64,000 nt of DNA, taken from positions 22,479 to 86,478 of the IMG/VR virus record IMGVR_UViG_3300021400_000025. One strand, 5' to 3'. This document shows positions 52,243 to 61,563 of the stretch, one piece after another. Origin of the DNA: a virus (taxonomy: Duplodnaviria; Heunggongvirae; Uroviricota; Caudoviricetes). A program made the translations under genes and the position numbers. Under the pieces are notes generated by a model. That model ran no database searches. It saw only the letters and a list, made by a program, of their open reading frames with translations, and was not told the origin of the DNA. Each line of letters opens with the position of its first letter. Within the stretch, counting starts at the first letter, position 1.

Positions 52243-52740
52243 ATGGATGCCATGTCAAAACTGCAACTGAATGTTCCTTCCACAATGCTGCCAATGGTGA
52301 GGCGCGTTTTTCCAACAATGATTCCAGATTTTCCTCTGGAACTTCCATCAGATTTTGCGAGTCAAGTCGAAAAATGGACTTTCCTCTCAAGGAAACGGCT
52401 CAAGAGGCAAATCAAGAACTTTGGCACCCATTGGAAGCACAGCATTTCAATCAACAAACTTGTCTGCGAAGAGGGGAAGCCGATGAAGTTCACTTCGAGG
52501 ACATTTACCCTTTTCCACGAGGACAGCATTGAGAAGTTCATGGTTGAACTCGCCAACCTTGCCGACCTGCATGGCATAGTGAAGCTGCGCCAGGGGGAGA
52601 TATGGGTGAAGCAGATTTCAAGCCCAGACCAATTGAACATAGACGTCGGCATAATCGAGAGGTTCGTTGAGAGGATGAAGGAGCAGGTATATGTGAAATT
52701 CGCCAAAGCCGACTTCACATTGAAATTGGAGGTGGAATGA
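52243..52740 (+). CDS. 'NIDA' paralog family member 3 (divergent)
   Basis: DQLNIDVGII motif. Confidence 0.65.
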   Translation: MDAMSKLQLNVPSTMLPMVRRVFPTMIPDFPLELPSDFASQVEKWTFLSRKRLKRQIKNFGTHWKHSISINKLVCEEGKPMKFTSRTFTLFHEDSIEKFMVELANLADLHGIVKLRQGEIWVKQISSPDQLNIDVGIIERFVERMKEQVYVKFAKADFTLKLEVE

Positions 52741-53159
52741 CATGTGGAGAACCATGGAGATTGCGGGAAATGACAATGAAGTTTTCAGAACTTGACTTTA
52801 GTTTGTTCAAACAACCCCCAATGGAGAAGAAGGAACTGGTTGATTTTCTCAACCATACCACTGCGTTGGTTGGGTCCAGGTGTGTCGTGCTTGAGTGCCT
52901 TTGCGAAAATGAAACGAAGAACATTCTGGATTTCTACCTTCCGAGCGAATACGACAATCTATTGGAGGCACTTGCCTCCCTCTCGTTGTCATATTCAATA
53001 GTCTATTTTCGGGTCAACCTTGGGGATGGCACAATCAAGAACCACAAGGAGCCAGGTTTTGCCATAATCACCCTTGTGGAGCAGGACGACCATTCCACAA
53101 ACATTGACGCTGATGTCATCCGGTCAATAATGGAACAGTATGACTGGCTTATGAAGTAA
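52737..53159 (+). CDS. 'NIDA' paralog family member 4
   Basis: DDHSTNIDADVI motif. Confidence 0.7.
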   Translation: MTCGEPWRLREMTMKFSELDFSLFKQPPMEKKELVDFLNHTTALVGSRCVVLECLCENETKNILDFYLPSEYDNLLEALASLSLSYSIVYFRVNLGDGTIKNHKEPGFAIITLVEQDDHSTNIDADVIRSIMEQYDWLMK

Positions 53160-53172
53160 GGTAGCACATAAT

Positions 53173-53565
53173 ATGTTGAAAATCATGGAGAACATCAACA
53201 GGTTAACTTTTGTCCCCATCACTCTGTCCACCGAGATTCTTGACATTGAGAGCAAGAATGGAATGTCTGTGGAAGTCATGATGAGACGCATGTCAAAATG
53301 GTCGTATGACAAGTCTGTTCTCATGGTGTACGACATCCAGTTCAAGAATGGACATCCATTTGGCATACGTGTGTTTGGATTCACCGACTACCATAACAGG
53401 GACATGGACGAATTTCTGGAGTTCATGCATCAGATGTCATTCACGCACAAGGTCATGTATGTGGAGGAGAATGGCTATGTTTTCATCACCGAGTCAAACG
53501 ATGGGCAGACCAACATAGATGCTGACTTGATAGATGCGATGTTGAATGCGTACCATTGCCATTGA
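53173..53565 (+). CDS. 'NIDA' paralog family member 5
   Basis: ESNDGQTNIDADLIDAMLNAY. Confidence 0.75.
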   Translation: MLKIMENINRLTFVPITLSTEILDIESKNGMSVEVMMRRMSKWSYDKSVLMVYDIQFKNGHPFGIRVFGFTDYHNRDMDEFLEFMHQMSFTHKVMYVEENGYVFITESNDGQTNIDADLIDAMLNAYHCH

Positions 53566-53580
53566 AGAGATTGGGAGAAT

Positions 53581-53952
53581 ATGATGGAACACGAGTTTAC
53601 CAAATGGAAAGCACTTACACCCTACGAAAAGAATGTGTTGGCGCGCAGAGATGGCATGTCCTACGATGAGATAATGGACATCGCATCCAATTGGAATTAT
53701 TCACGCACAATACTCGTTGTATGCGACATACGATTCAAGGATTCTCGCCCAAGCTTTAGGCGATATATTGGATTTACTGATTATAGTCGAAGAAGCGAAG
53801 ATGAGTTCGTGGAGTTCATGTCAGACATCTCGCTGACGCACAGAGTGATGTTTGTGGAGGGTAGTGGACGCTTGTGGCTCACTGAATCCAGAGATAATCA
53901 GACCAACATAGACGCAGATTTGATAACCGCCATGCTCAACGCATACAAGTGA
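53581..53952 (+). CDS. 'NIDA' paralog family member 6
   Basis: ESRDNQTNIDADLITAMLNAY. Confidence 0.75.
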   Translation: MMEHEFTKWKALTPYEKNVLARRDGMSYDEIMDIASNWNYSRTILVVCDIRFKDSRPSFRRYIGFTDYSRRSEDEFVEFMSDISLTHRVMFVEGSGRLWLTESRDNQTNIDADLITAMLNAYK

Positions 53953-53965
53953 GATTGAATTCGAG

Positions 53966-53994
53966 TTTACATGGCAACCCAAATGTGGTATAAT
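53966..53994 (+). promoter_or_regulatory. Sigma70-type promoter for topoisomerase genes
   Basis: TTTACA-N17-TATAAT with TGn; GTAAATA also at 54010-54016. Confidence 0.7.
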
Positions 53995-54053
53995 ATGTGG
54001 AAGATTGGCGTAAATAATCAACATACCCCCAAACTGGGTATAATAATTGGAAT

Positions 54054-55985
54054 ATGAAGACAAAACAGGAAAAAGATTTTGAGGCCCTGAGTGGAGTGCA
54101 ACAGGTGTTGTTGCGTCCTGGGATGTGGGTCGGCTCAATGCAGCCATTGACTCAAAAGATGTTCATGATTGACAAGGACGGTGTGGAATACAAGGAGGTT
54201 TCGTACATTCCTGCGTTCCGAAAAATCATTGACGAGATATTGGATAACAGTGTAGATAGCCTTGTGAAGTACCAGAACGCCAAGGGCAAGGTCAAGGTTG
54301 TGATTGACGAAGGTTGGGTCTACATTGAGGACAATGGCCCAGGCATTCCAGTGATTCGCAAGGAATTGAAGGACATCACCGACAACAGAATGTCCAACGA
54401 GGAGAAGAAGAAGATTTCCGAAACATATCTTCCAGAGATTGCGTGGACTCGCCTGTTCTCTGGCTCCAACTTCAAGGACAGTGACGACAAGACAACTGTT
54501 GGTTCGCATGGACTTGGCTCAAAATGCACTTCAATCTTCTCAAAGAAGTTCGTTGGAATTTCCGACGATGGCAAGAAGTTGTGCAAGGTGGTGGCGAAGA
54601 ACAACCTTGAGACCGTTGAGACAGAGGTTTCCGAATCAAAGGAACGTGGAGTCAGAATCAAGTTCGTGCCAGACTTTGCAAGGTTCGGCATTGAGAAAAT
54701 AGATTCAGTATATGTTGAGTTGATGCGCCAGAGGTTGATTTGCCTTGGCATAACCTTCCCTGGCATCAAGTTCTCGCTCAACGGCAAGTTGGTGAACGTG
54801 AACGACAAGACGTTCCTCAATTTGTTCAGCGAACACATCACCTTCCAGGTTTTTGACCGGGGCTTCATTGGAATCTACCCCAACGAGTCAGACGAGTTCA
54901 ACTTCTTCACCTACGTTGATGGACTTGCATTGACCCGTGGTGGCTCACACATCGACTACATCGTTGACAAGGTGGTTGTGCCAGTGAGGGAGAAGTTGTC
55001 AAGGAAGTACAAGACAATCAAGCCTGCTGACATCAAGAATCGGTTGAGCATGGTTGTGTTCCTGAGGGACTTCCCCAACTTGAAGTTCGATTCCCAGACA
55101 AAGGAGACATTGACCAATCTTCCATCCGAGATAACCAAGTATTTCGGGGATTCAGTTGATTGGGAGAAAATGGCTAAAGCCATTATCAAGAACGAGTTCA
55201 TTCTTGACCCAATCGTTGAGACATTCAAGTTGAAGGAGGAGGTCAAGGAGCGCGTTGCGCTGAAGCAGGCTGGGAAGTCAAAGGTGAAGATTTCCGTTGA
55301 CAAGTACATCAAGCCCATTGGCGGCAACGACTACCTCATGGTGTGCGAGGGATTGTCAGCGCGTGGTGGCGTGTCTGCTGCCTTGGGAAGAAACGGTTTT
55401 GGCTACTACGCATCCCGTGGAGTTGGCATTAACGCCTATGACGCGACATCTGCCCAGATTCTCAAGAACCAGGAGTTCAGCGACATCATCACTATTCTTG
55501 GACTGGACATAACCAATCCAAAGGAGCAGAACCTGAACTTCAAGAAGTTCGTCATCACATCAGACGCTGACGCTGATGGCATACATATCTCCAGCATATA
55601 CCTTGGGTGGTTCATGAAGTTCGCCCCGTGGATGTTTGACAAGGGAATGGTTTGCCGACTGAGAACGCCGCTTGCAATCGTGTTCAAGGACAAGAGCATG
55701 ACGAAGGTTCACAAGATGTTTTTCGACCTTCCCGACTTCAAGAAGTTCGAGTCTGAGAACGACATGTCCAAGTTCGCAATCCAATACTACAAGGGATTGG
55801 GTTCGTTCCCGAAGGACATGTTCATCAAGCTCTTCAAGGAGAATGGTGGCGTGGAACAGTTCATTCAGACGTTCAAGTTGGACAAGGAAGGGCAGGCGTA
55901 CATTGACAACTGGCTCAATGGAGACAAGGCCGACGAGCGCAAGAAGCTGATTTCGGACTACACATTTGACATTGACATGGTATAA
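54054..55985 (+). CDS. gp39: Type IIA DNA topoisomerase, ATPase+TOPRIM subunit (gp39+gp60-like)
   Basis: LLRPGMWVGS, EILDNSVD, DNGPGIP, GSHGLGSK GHKL motifs; CEGLSA and DADADG TOPRIM motifs in one chain. Confidence 0.95.
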   Translation: MKTKQEKDFEALSGVQQVLLRPGMWVGSMQPLTQKMFMIDKDGVEYKEVSYIPAFRKIIDEILDNSVDSLVKYQNAKGKVKVVIDEGWVYIEDNGPGIPVIRKELKDITDNRMSNEEKKKISETYLPEIAWTRLFSGSNFKDSDDKTTVGSHGLGSKCTSIFSKKFVGISDDGKKLCKVVAKNNLETVETEVSESKERGVRIKFVPDFARFGIEKIDSVYVELMRQRLICLGITFPGIKFSLNGKLVNVNDKTFLNLFSEHITFQVFDRGFIGIYPNESDEFNFFTYVDGLALTRGGSHIDYIVDKVVVPVREKLSRKYKTIKPADIKNRLSMVVFLRDFPNLKFDSQTKETLTNLPSEITKYFGDSVDWEKMAKAIIKNEFILDPIVETFKLKEEVKERVALKQAGKSKVKISVDKYIKPIGGNDYLMVCEGLSARGGVSAALGRNGFGYYASRGVGINAYDATSAQILKNQEFSDIITILGLDITNPKEQNLNFKKFVITSDADADGIHISSIYLGWFMKFAPWMFDKGMVCRLRTPLAIVFKDKSMTKVHKMFFDLPDFKKFESENDMSKFAIQYYKGLGSFPKDMFIKLFKENGGVEQFIQTFKLDKEGQAYIDNWLNGDKADERKKLISDYTFDIDMV

Positions 55986-56016
55986 TGGTAAATAGTTGAA
56001 AGCAACATGAGGTAAA

Positions 56017-56475
56017 ATGACAATGAAATGGAAATTAATCAATGAGAGTACTGGGGCATGGGTTCCGCATTTTGAAGAGGGGCAGTATGTGATTTGCCGC
56101 AATTCGTCATTGGAGGGTTATGGGATTAGGGAAGGCGACAAATTAAAAGCTGAGAAGCTGAGGAAAAACAAATGGGGTTATTGGTTTGTTAAATTTCAAG
56201 GAATACGTAAATGGTGTCCCGGTTGTGATTTTGACCCAGTGGACGAGGAAACAATCGAGGCTGCAATTGCGTTTATTGAAAATGGGGGAAAGTGTGGATA
56301 TCAATATGGGTTTACCTACAAAGGTGCTGAAATAAAACCAATGGACACAAAAGAGGCATTAAAAAAGATTCAAAGTGGTAATTGGACATTTGGAATTGGA
56401 TTTTACAATCTGTATTGGTCAAGAGATAAGCGAACGCTGGTATTCAACGAACTTTCTGAAAATGACATGTTTTGA
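56017..56475 (+). CDS. AT-rich hypothetical protein between topoisomerase genes (MKWKLINES tag)
   Basis: GTAAATA at 55988-55994; AT-rich codons (TTA, AAA, AAT). Confidence 0.65.
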   Translation: MTMKWKLINESTGAWVPHFEEGQYVICRNSSLEGYGIREGDKLKAEKLRKNKWGYWFVKFQGIRKWCPGCDFDPVDEETIEAAIAFIENGGKCGYQYGFTYKGAEIKPMDTKEALKKIQSGNWTFGIGFYNLYWSRDKRTLVFNELSENDMF

Positions 56476-56495
56476 TTGATGAAAGGCTGAAGTGA

Positions 56496-57881
56496 ATGAA
56501 CGAAAAGACTGTAACTGAGTTCTACAAGGAGGAGGTTCCGTCATATGCCTCCTACGACCTCATCCGCAAGTGCAGTTCGTACATAGACGGGTTCAAGAAC
56601 GCGCACAGGAAAATCATCTGGACGATGTTGGAGAACTTCGGCAATCCAAACACGAGGACGAAAACTTCTCAGATGTCCGCAACAGTCTCACTGAAGTCCA
56701 TGTACTTGCATGGCGAGACAAACCTTGACGGTTCTCTTTGCACATTGGCTCAGTCTTTTGTTGGGGCGAACAACTATCCATTGATTACCGGGCACGGCAA
56801 CTTTGGCACAAGGTTTTCGCCAGAGCCAGCCGCTTCAAGATACACCTTCGTGTCAATCTCACCTTTGGTCAGCAAGTTGTACGACAAGGACAGACCATTG
56901 TGCAAGGGTCAGGAATTTGAGGGCAACACGATTGAGCCAGCATATTATGTTCCCGTGTTTCCCACGTTGTTCCTAAATGGCTCTGATGGCATCTCAACTG
57001 GCTACAAGCAGACAATCTTCCCACGCAATCCGAAGGAGATTGTGAAGTACATTGTCGCGGTGTTGAACAAATCCGAGCGCATTCCCCACATTGAGAACGC
57101 CTTGCCTTGGTTCAAGGGCTTTTTGGGCGAGACGAAACTTGTGAAGGAGAAGGACGCAGATGGCAAGGTAACGTCAAAGGTGATGAACTACGGCGTCATT
57201 GAGAAGGTCAATTCCAACACCCTGCACATTTCGGAAATTCCAATCACATATACCTATGCTTCCTACATCAAGGTTCTGGACAATCTTGTTGAGAAGGGGA
57301 CTATTGAGGACTACGAGGATTTGTCTGACCCGAAGACTGACAAGTTCGAGTTCACCATCAAAGTCAAGCGCGTGTTCTTTGATGGAAACAAAGATGTTTC
57401 CGATTGGATTAAGGTGTTCAACCTTGCCAAACCCTTGAACGAGCAGTTGAATTGCATTGACGAGAACAACAGAATCAGGGAGTTCAAGGACATACGCGAG
57501 ATTTTGGATGCGTTCATCAAGATCAGATTGGACTACTATAAGAAGCGCAAGGACTATCTCCTGAAGAAATACTTTGAGGAGATTCAACTTGACGTTTCCA
57601 GGTATGTCTGGTGCAAGGGCGTGATTGACGAGACAATCCACATCAAGAACAGGAAAAAGGACGACATCGTAAAGCAGCTTGAAAAGACCGACAAGATTGT
57701 ACAGAAGGATGGCTCGTACAACTACTTGTTGAACATGCCAATGTCCTCAATCACCAAGGAGAAAATGGCTGAATTGACCGAGAAAATCAAGAACCTGAAG
57801 GAACTCATCAAGGAGACGCAGAAGCAGACCATTGAGGAAATGTGGCTTGCAGACCTGGAGGAGATTGAAAAGGAGTTTTAA
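56496..57881 (+). CDS. gp52: Type IIA DNA topoisomerase, breakage-reunion subunit (gp52-like)
   Basis: DGFKNAHRK, YLHGE, GHGNFG, AASRY catalytic Tyr, LFLNGSDGI.TG. Confidence 0.95.
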   Translation: MNEKTVTEFYKEEVPSYASYDLIRKCSSYIDGFKNAHRKIIWTMLENFGNPNTRTKTSQMSATVSLKSMYLHGETNLDGSLCTLAQSFVGANNYPLITGHGNFGTRFSPEPAASRYTFVSISPLVSKLYDKDRPLCKGQEFEGNTIEPAYYVPVFPTLFLNGSDGISTGYKQTIFPRNPKEIVKYIVAVLNKSERIPHIENALPWFKGFLGETKLVKEKDADGKVTSKVMNYGVIEKVNSNTLHISEIPITYTYASYIKVLDNLVEKGTIEDYEDLSDPKTDKFEFTIKVKRVFFDGNKDVSDWIKVFNLAKPLNEQLNCIDENNRIREFKDIREILDAFIKIRLDYYKKRKDYLLKKYFEEIQLDVSRYVWCKGVIDETIHIKNRKKDDIVKQLEKTDKIVQKDGSYNYLLNMPMSSITKEKMAELTEKIKNLKELIKETQKQTIEEMWLADLEEIEKEF

Positions 57882-57917
57882 TGTAAATATTAAATATGAG
57901 GATATGGTAAATGGTTC

Positions 57918-58400
57918 ATGGACAAGGCAAAAAGTTTCAAGAAATGGGGATTTGACATAGGAGAGAAAGATATGGACAAGAACATTGGAACGTCAGAAGA
58001 CGACGAAGACATCAAGACGAGATACGAAAACTTTTTGTTCATAGGACTTGGAAGAAATCCAGTTTTTGACACCGAGATATTGGTGAAGGTGGCAAAGACA
58101 GACAAAGACAAGGCATTGCAGGCATTGAAGCAAATAGGCTGCAGATCTGTGAAGATTCTGAATACTGACAACCTCAATTCCGCCAGATTGTCCAGCCAGA
58201 GCATTCAGGACATATTGCAACGAAGGACACTTGAACTTGACGATGTTGAGTTTAATTCCAAATACGGCCCATTCGATGAAGTGGAGACGATTGACCTTGC
58301 GAATTTGAAAGTAAATGAAAGTGTGGTTCTTGAAAAAGCACATCGCCCGGCAATAACAGTGACAATTCTTCCAGATGGAAGACGCCGCTTCAGAACTTGA
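57918..58400 (+). CDS. Hypothetical protein
   Basis: 160 aa; GTAAATA at 57883-57889. Confidence 0.6.
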   Translation: MDKAKSFKKWGFDIGEKDMDKNIGTSEDDEDIKTRYENFLFIGLGRNPVFDTEILVKVAKTDKDKALQALKQIGCRSVKILNTDNLNSARLSSQSIQDILQRRTLELDDVEFNSKYGPFDEVETIDLANLKVNESVVLEKAHRPAITVTILPDGRRRFRT

Positions 58401-58440
58401 GGAGATTGAATATGAATTCTGAATCGCAAAAGGAATTCTG

Positions 58441-58680
58441 ATGCTTGAACTTATGGAAACCATCTTGGCTTTTCCTACACAGGGACATTATGGATATCCC
58501 ATCAGGGTAGACGCATTCAATGCCAAAAATGAATGGGAATGTGGAACTTGGTCTGACAAGGATTTCGCCATTGACTTTCTGTTCGACAAATGCGAATTGT
58601 TTGACTATGAGTTGAACAACTGGTATATTAAAGAAGATGAATTGTACATAGTGGTTGTGAAAAGGAGCTCCGATGTTTGA
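58441..58680 (+). CDS. Hypothetical protein
   Basis: AAGGA RBS; overlaps next start. Confidence 0.5.
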   Translation: MLELMETILAFPTQGHYGYPIRVDAFNAKNEWECGTWSDKDFAIDFLFDKCELFDYELNNWYIKEDELYIVVVKRSSDV

Positions 58681-59524
58681 GCCGGCAATCAAGTGGAGTG
58701 GCAGCAAGCGCAAGCAAGCCGAGGAAATCATTAGAAGGATGCCAAGGGAGATTGGCACATACTACGAGCCTTTCTGCGGTGGGTGTTCGGTTCTTCGCAG
58801 GTTGCTGTCCTCAAAGGAGCATCATGTGAATGCCTTTGTTTGTTCTGACGCGAATCCAGACTTGATTGACTTGTGGAACGCCATACGCGATTGTCCAGTG
58901 TTCATTGTCCACAAATACACGCAAATGTGGAATGAACTGAACAAGGATAACGACCTTGAACGTAAGAAGGACTATTTCAACCAGGTTCGGGAGAGGTTCA
59001 ACGCCATAAGGCAACCACATGACTTTCTGTTCATCATGCGCACCACCACAAATGGCATGCCAAGGTACAACAAGGACGGGAAGTTCAACAACAGTTTCCA
59101 TGTCACCAGAAATGGAATTGAACCAGAACGGTTGAACAAGGTGATTCAGGAATGGAGCAATGTCCTGCGCGAAAGGTCTGTGGAATTCGTTTGCCAAGAC
59201 TACATCAAGGTGAATCCGGACAAGGGGGATTTCATGTATCTTGACCCACCTTATGCTGGAACCAAGGGAATGTACCATGGTGGAATAGACCTGAATCAGT
59301 TGTGGGACTATCTTCGCAAGGTGAAGTGTGGCTATGCCCTTTCGTTTGATGGAAAGATTGAAAACGGAGACGACTTCACCTATTCGGTTCCCAAGGACAT
59401 CTATACCAGACACGAATATCTGAATAACGGAAATTCATCGTTCAGACGCATTCTTGGGAAGAACAACCACGCAGAAGTCCTTGAGTCCCTTTACATGAAG
59501 GAGATTGGAAATGCCCAGAATTGA
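58673..59524 (+). CDS. dam: Dam-family (D12 class) DNA adenine methyltransferase
   Basis: IKWSGSKR, YYEPFCGGCSV, SDANPDLI, YLDPPY. Confidence 0.9.
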   Translation: MFEPAIKWSGSKRKQAEEIIRRMPREIGTYYEPFCGGCSVLRRLLSSKEHHVNAFVCSDANPDLIDLWNAIRDCPVFIVHKYTQMWNELNKDNDLERKKDYFNQVRERFNAIRQPHDFLFIMRTTTNGMPRYNKDGKFNNSFHVTRNGIEPERLNKVIQEWSNVLRERSVEFVCQDYIKVNPDKGDFMYLDPPYAGTKGMYHGGIDLNQLWDYLRKVKCGYALSFDGKIENGDDFTYSVPKDIYTRHEYLNNGNSSFRRILGKNNHAEVLESLYMKEIGNAQN

Positions 59525-60338
59525 ATTGTTCAATGGAGATTGCTTGAAAGTATTGCCAACCTTGCCAGATGGTTCGGTTGACATGATATTGACCGACTTG
59601 CCATATGGCGTGACGAACAAGGCAAGCGAGGCTGGGCGTTGGGATTGCCAACTACCAATGGAGCCGATGTGGGAGCAGTTCTGGCGTGTGTTGAAGCCAA
59701 ATGGGGCATGTGTTCTTTTCTCCCAGGGCATGTTCACGGCGCAATTGATGATGTCCCAACCCAAATATTGGAGATACAACCTCATCTGGGACAAGTGCAG
59801 GGCTTCTGGTTTCCTGAATTCAAAAAGGATGCCATTGAGGAGGCACGAGGACATTTGCGTGTTCTACCGCTCCTTGCCAACCTACAATGTCCAGTTGGAG
59901 GACTTGAATGGAAGGGAGGCATCTCATCCACAAGGGAATGGAAAGCACAAGGAGACGAACAGATGCTATGGAAGCATGAACAGGCTCCCGACATGTGGTG
60001 TTGAGAACAAGAAGTTCCCTGGTTCAATCCTCAGTTTCCCACGACCACATTGCACTGGCAACCATCCAACAGAGAAGTCCGTTGATCTTTGCCGTTGGTT
60101 GATTCGCTCATATACCAACCCTGGGGAGACTGTGCTTGACGCGACAATGGGTTCTGGCACAACTGGGGTTGCTGCAATCCTTGAAGACCGTGATTTCATT
60201 GGTATTGAGAAGGAGCAGAAGTACATGGACGTGGCAATTGAGCGGACGAAGAAGGCTGAACAGGATTTCAGAAACCAACTCCAAACGTGTATAATTGAAG
60301 ACAAGAGAAAGGATGACGCACAAGATGACAGTGAATGA
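59511..60338 (+). CDS. Beta-class N6-A/N4-C DNA methyltransferase
   Basis: GDCLKVL..DMILTDLPYG, HPTEKS, VLDATMGSGTTG. Confidence 0.9.
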   Translation: MPRIELFNGDCLKVLPTLPDGSVDMILTDLPYGVTNKASEAGRWDCQLPMEPMWEQFWRVLKPNGACVLFSQGMFTAQLMMSQPKYWRYNLIWDKCRASGFLNSKRMPLRRHEDICVFYRSLPTYNVQLEDLNGREASHPQGNGKHKETNRCYGSMNRLPTCGVENKKFPGSILSFPRPHCTGNHPTEKSVDLCRWLIRSYTNPGETVLDATMGSGTTGVAAILEDRDFIGIEKEQKYMDVAIERTKKAEQDFRNQLQTCIIEDKRKDDAQDDSE

Positions 60339-60603
60339 ACTCATTGAGAAACTCAAGGATTATGGGGACGAAAAGGCAAGGGACATGGCGCGAGTGCGCA
60401 TTGTCAATGTCAAGGGGGAGGTTCTTGAAGACAACCTTGATTCATTTGATGTGAAGTATGGAATCAATAGCATTGACATTCCGGTTGACGCATGTCTGAT
60501 TTACCCAAGTGATGATTCAGATGATGATATTTGGGATGACGATGATGATGACATTGACGATGAATGGGATGACGACGATGAAGACGATGATGATGCATCA
60601 TGA
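60313..60603 (+). CDS. Small protein with poly-Asp tail
   Basis: MTVNELIEKLK N-terminus common in phage hypotheticals; C-terminal DDDDIWDDDDDD. Confidence 0.7.
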   Translation: MTHKMTVNELIEKLKDYGDEKARDMARVRIVNVKGEVLEDNLDSFDVKYGINSIDIPVDACLIYPSDDSDDDIWDDDDDDIDDEWDDDDEDDDDAS

Positions 60604-60719
60604 TCTCATCCATTTTTGTTGATTGTGGATTCGCCCAAAATGCCATAATCTCTCTTTTTGTGGAAATCATGCCATAAAATCCAAGTTATTGATATTTGGT
60701 TGGATGAGCATGAAGGGCA

Positions 60720-60748
60720 TTGACAAACTCTTCGGGATATGATATAAT
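60720..60748 (+). promoter_or_regulatory. Consensus sigma70 promoter for the sigma factor gene
   Basis: TTGACA-N17-TATAAT with TGn. Confidence 0.85.
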
Positions 60749-60780
60749 ACAATTTGTCTGGAGACAAAAGGAGAAATATC

Positions 60781-61563
60781 ATGAAGAGTGTGATAGAGGT
60801 GTATGCTGAAATGGCGAAGCAGAATCCGCCATGGAAGGCTGATGAAGAGGCTGCGTTCATCCGCAGTTGCATGACACGCACTGGCAAGTGGAAGTCCAAG
60901 GCGATGAAGGATAGGTTTGTCAACGAGGCTGTGAAGCACAACCTCGCGATGGTGTTCAAGATGATGAGCCGGTATTCGTTCAAGAAGGACAATGAAGACA
61001 CTTTCCAGAGGGCTGTTGTTGCTCTTGCCGAGGCGTTGAAGAAATACGACCCCTCTTCTGGGAACAAGATTTCAACTTGGATTCAGCAGCCCATCATCTG
61101 GGCAATCAGGCAGACCCAGCACACCTACTACAAGGGGAACGATATCCATGACCAGATTGCGGCGTTGAACCGCCGCTACAACCTCAAGATGAGCGTGGTG
61201 TCTGTGGATGCCACGATTGGGAACAATGACGACAACGAAAGCAATGACACCCTTGGCAGTCTGATTTCATCCAGGAACGTGAGTGCAGACTACATTACCA
61301 TCCGTGGAATCAAAAGCGCTGAGGATGAGAGCCGCGAGAGGGAAATCAAATCTGGGGTGGATGACCTTGTTGTGGAACTTCCCAAGATTCTGAACAAGAA
61401 GGAGGTTCGTGTTGTCAAGTATCTTCTCAAGGGCTTGTCCATGTCTGATATTTCCGTGAAGTTGAAGGTGACGAAGATGCGCATCTCCCAGATTTCGGCA
61501 AAGGCGTTTGAGAAGATTCGCAATTCCAAGTATGGGAGCAGGTTGAAGGGACTTCTGGCATGA
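60781..61563 (+). CDS. Phage-encoded sigma-70-family RNA polymerase sigma factor (group 3-like)
   Basis: HNLAMVFKMM (2.1), KYDPSSGNKISTWI..IIWAI (2.3/2.4), LNKKEVRVV..SMSDIS..VTKMRISQISAKAFEKIR (region 4 HTH). Confidence 0.88.
   Translation: MKSVIEVYAEMAKQNPPWKADEEAAFIRSCMTRTGKWKSKAMKDRFVNEAVKHNLAMVFKMMSRYSFKKDNEDTFQRAVVALAEALKKYDPSSGNKISTWIQQPIIWAIRQTQHTYYKGNDIHDQIAALNRRYNLKMSVVSVDATIGNNDDNESNDTLGSLISSRNVSADYITIRGIKSAEDESREREIKSGVDDLVVELPKILNKKEVRVVKYLLKGLSMSDISVKLKVTKMRISQISAKAFEKIRNSKYGSRLKGLLA

Noticed and set aside
54054-57881. Bacterial gyrAB of host origin
   Set aside because: No GyrA C-terminal beta-pinwheel, and size and organisation match T4-type gp39/60 + gp52
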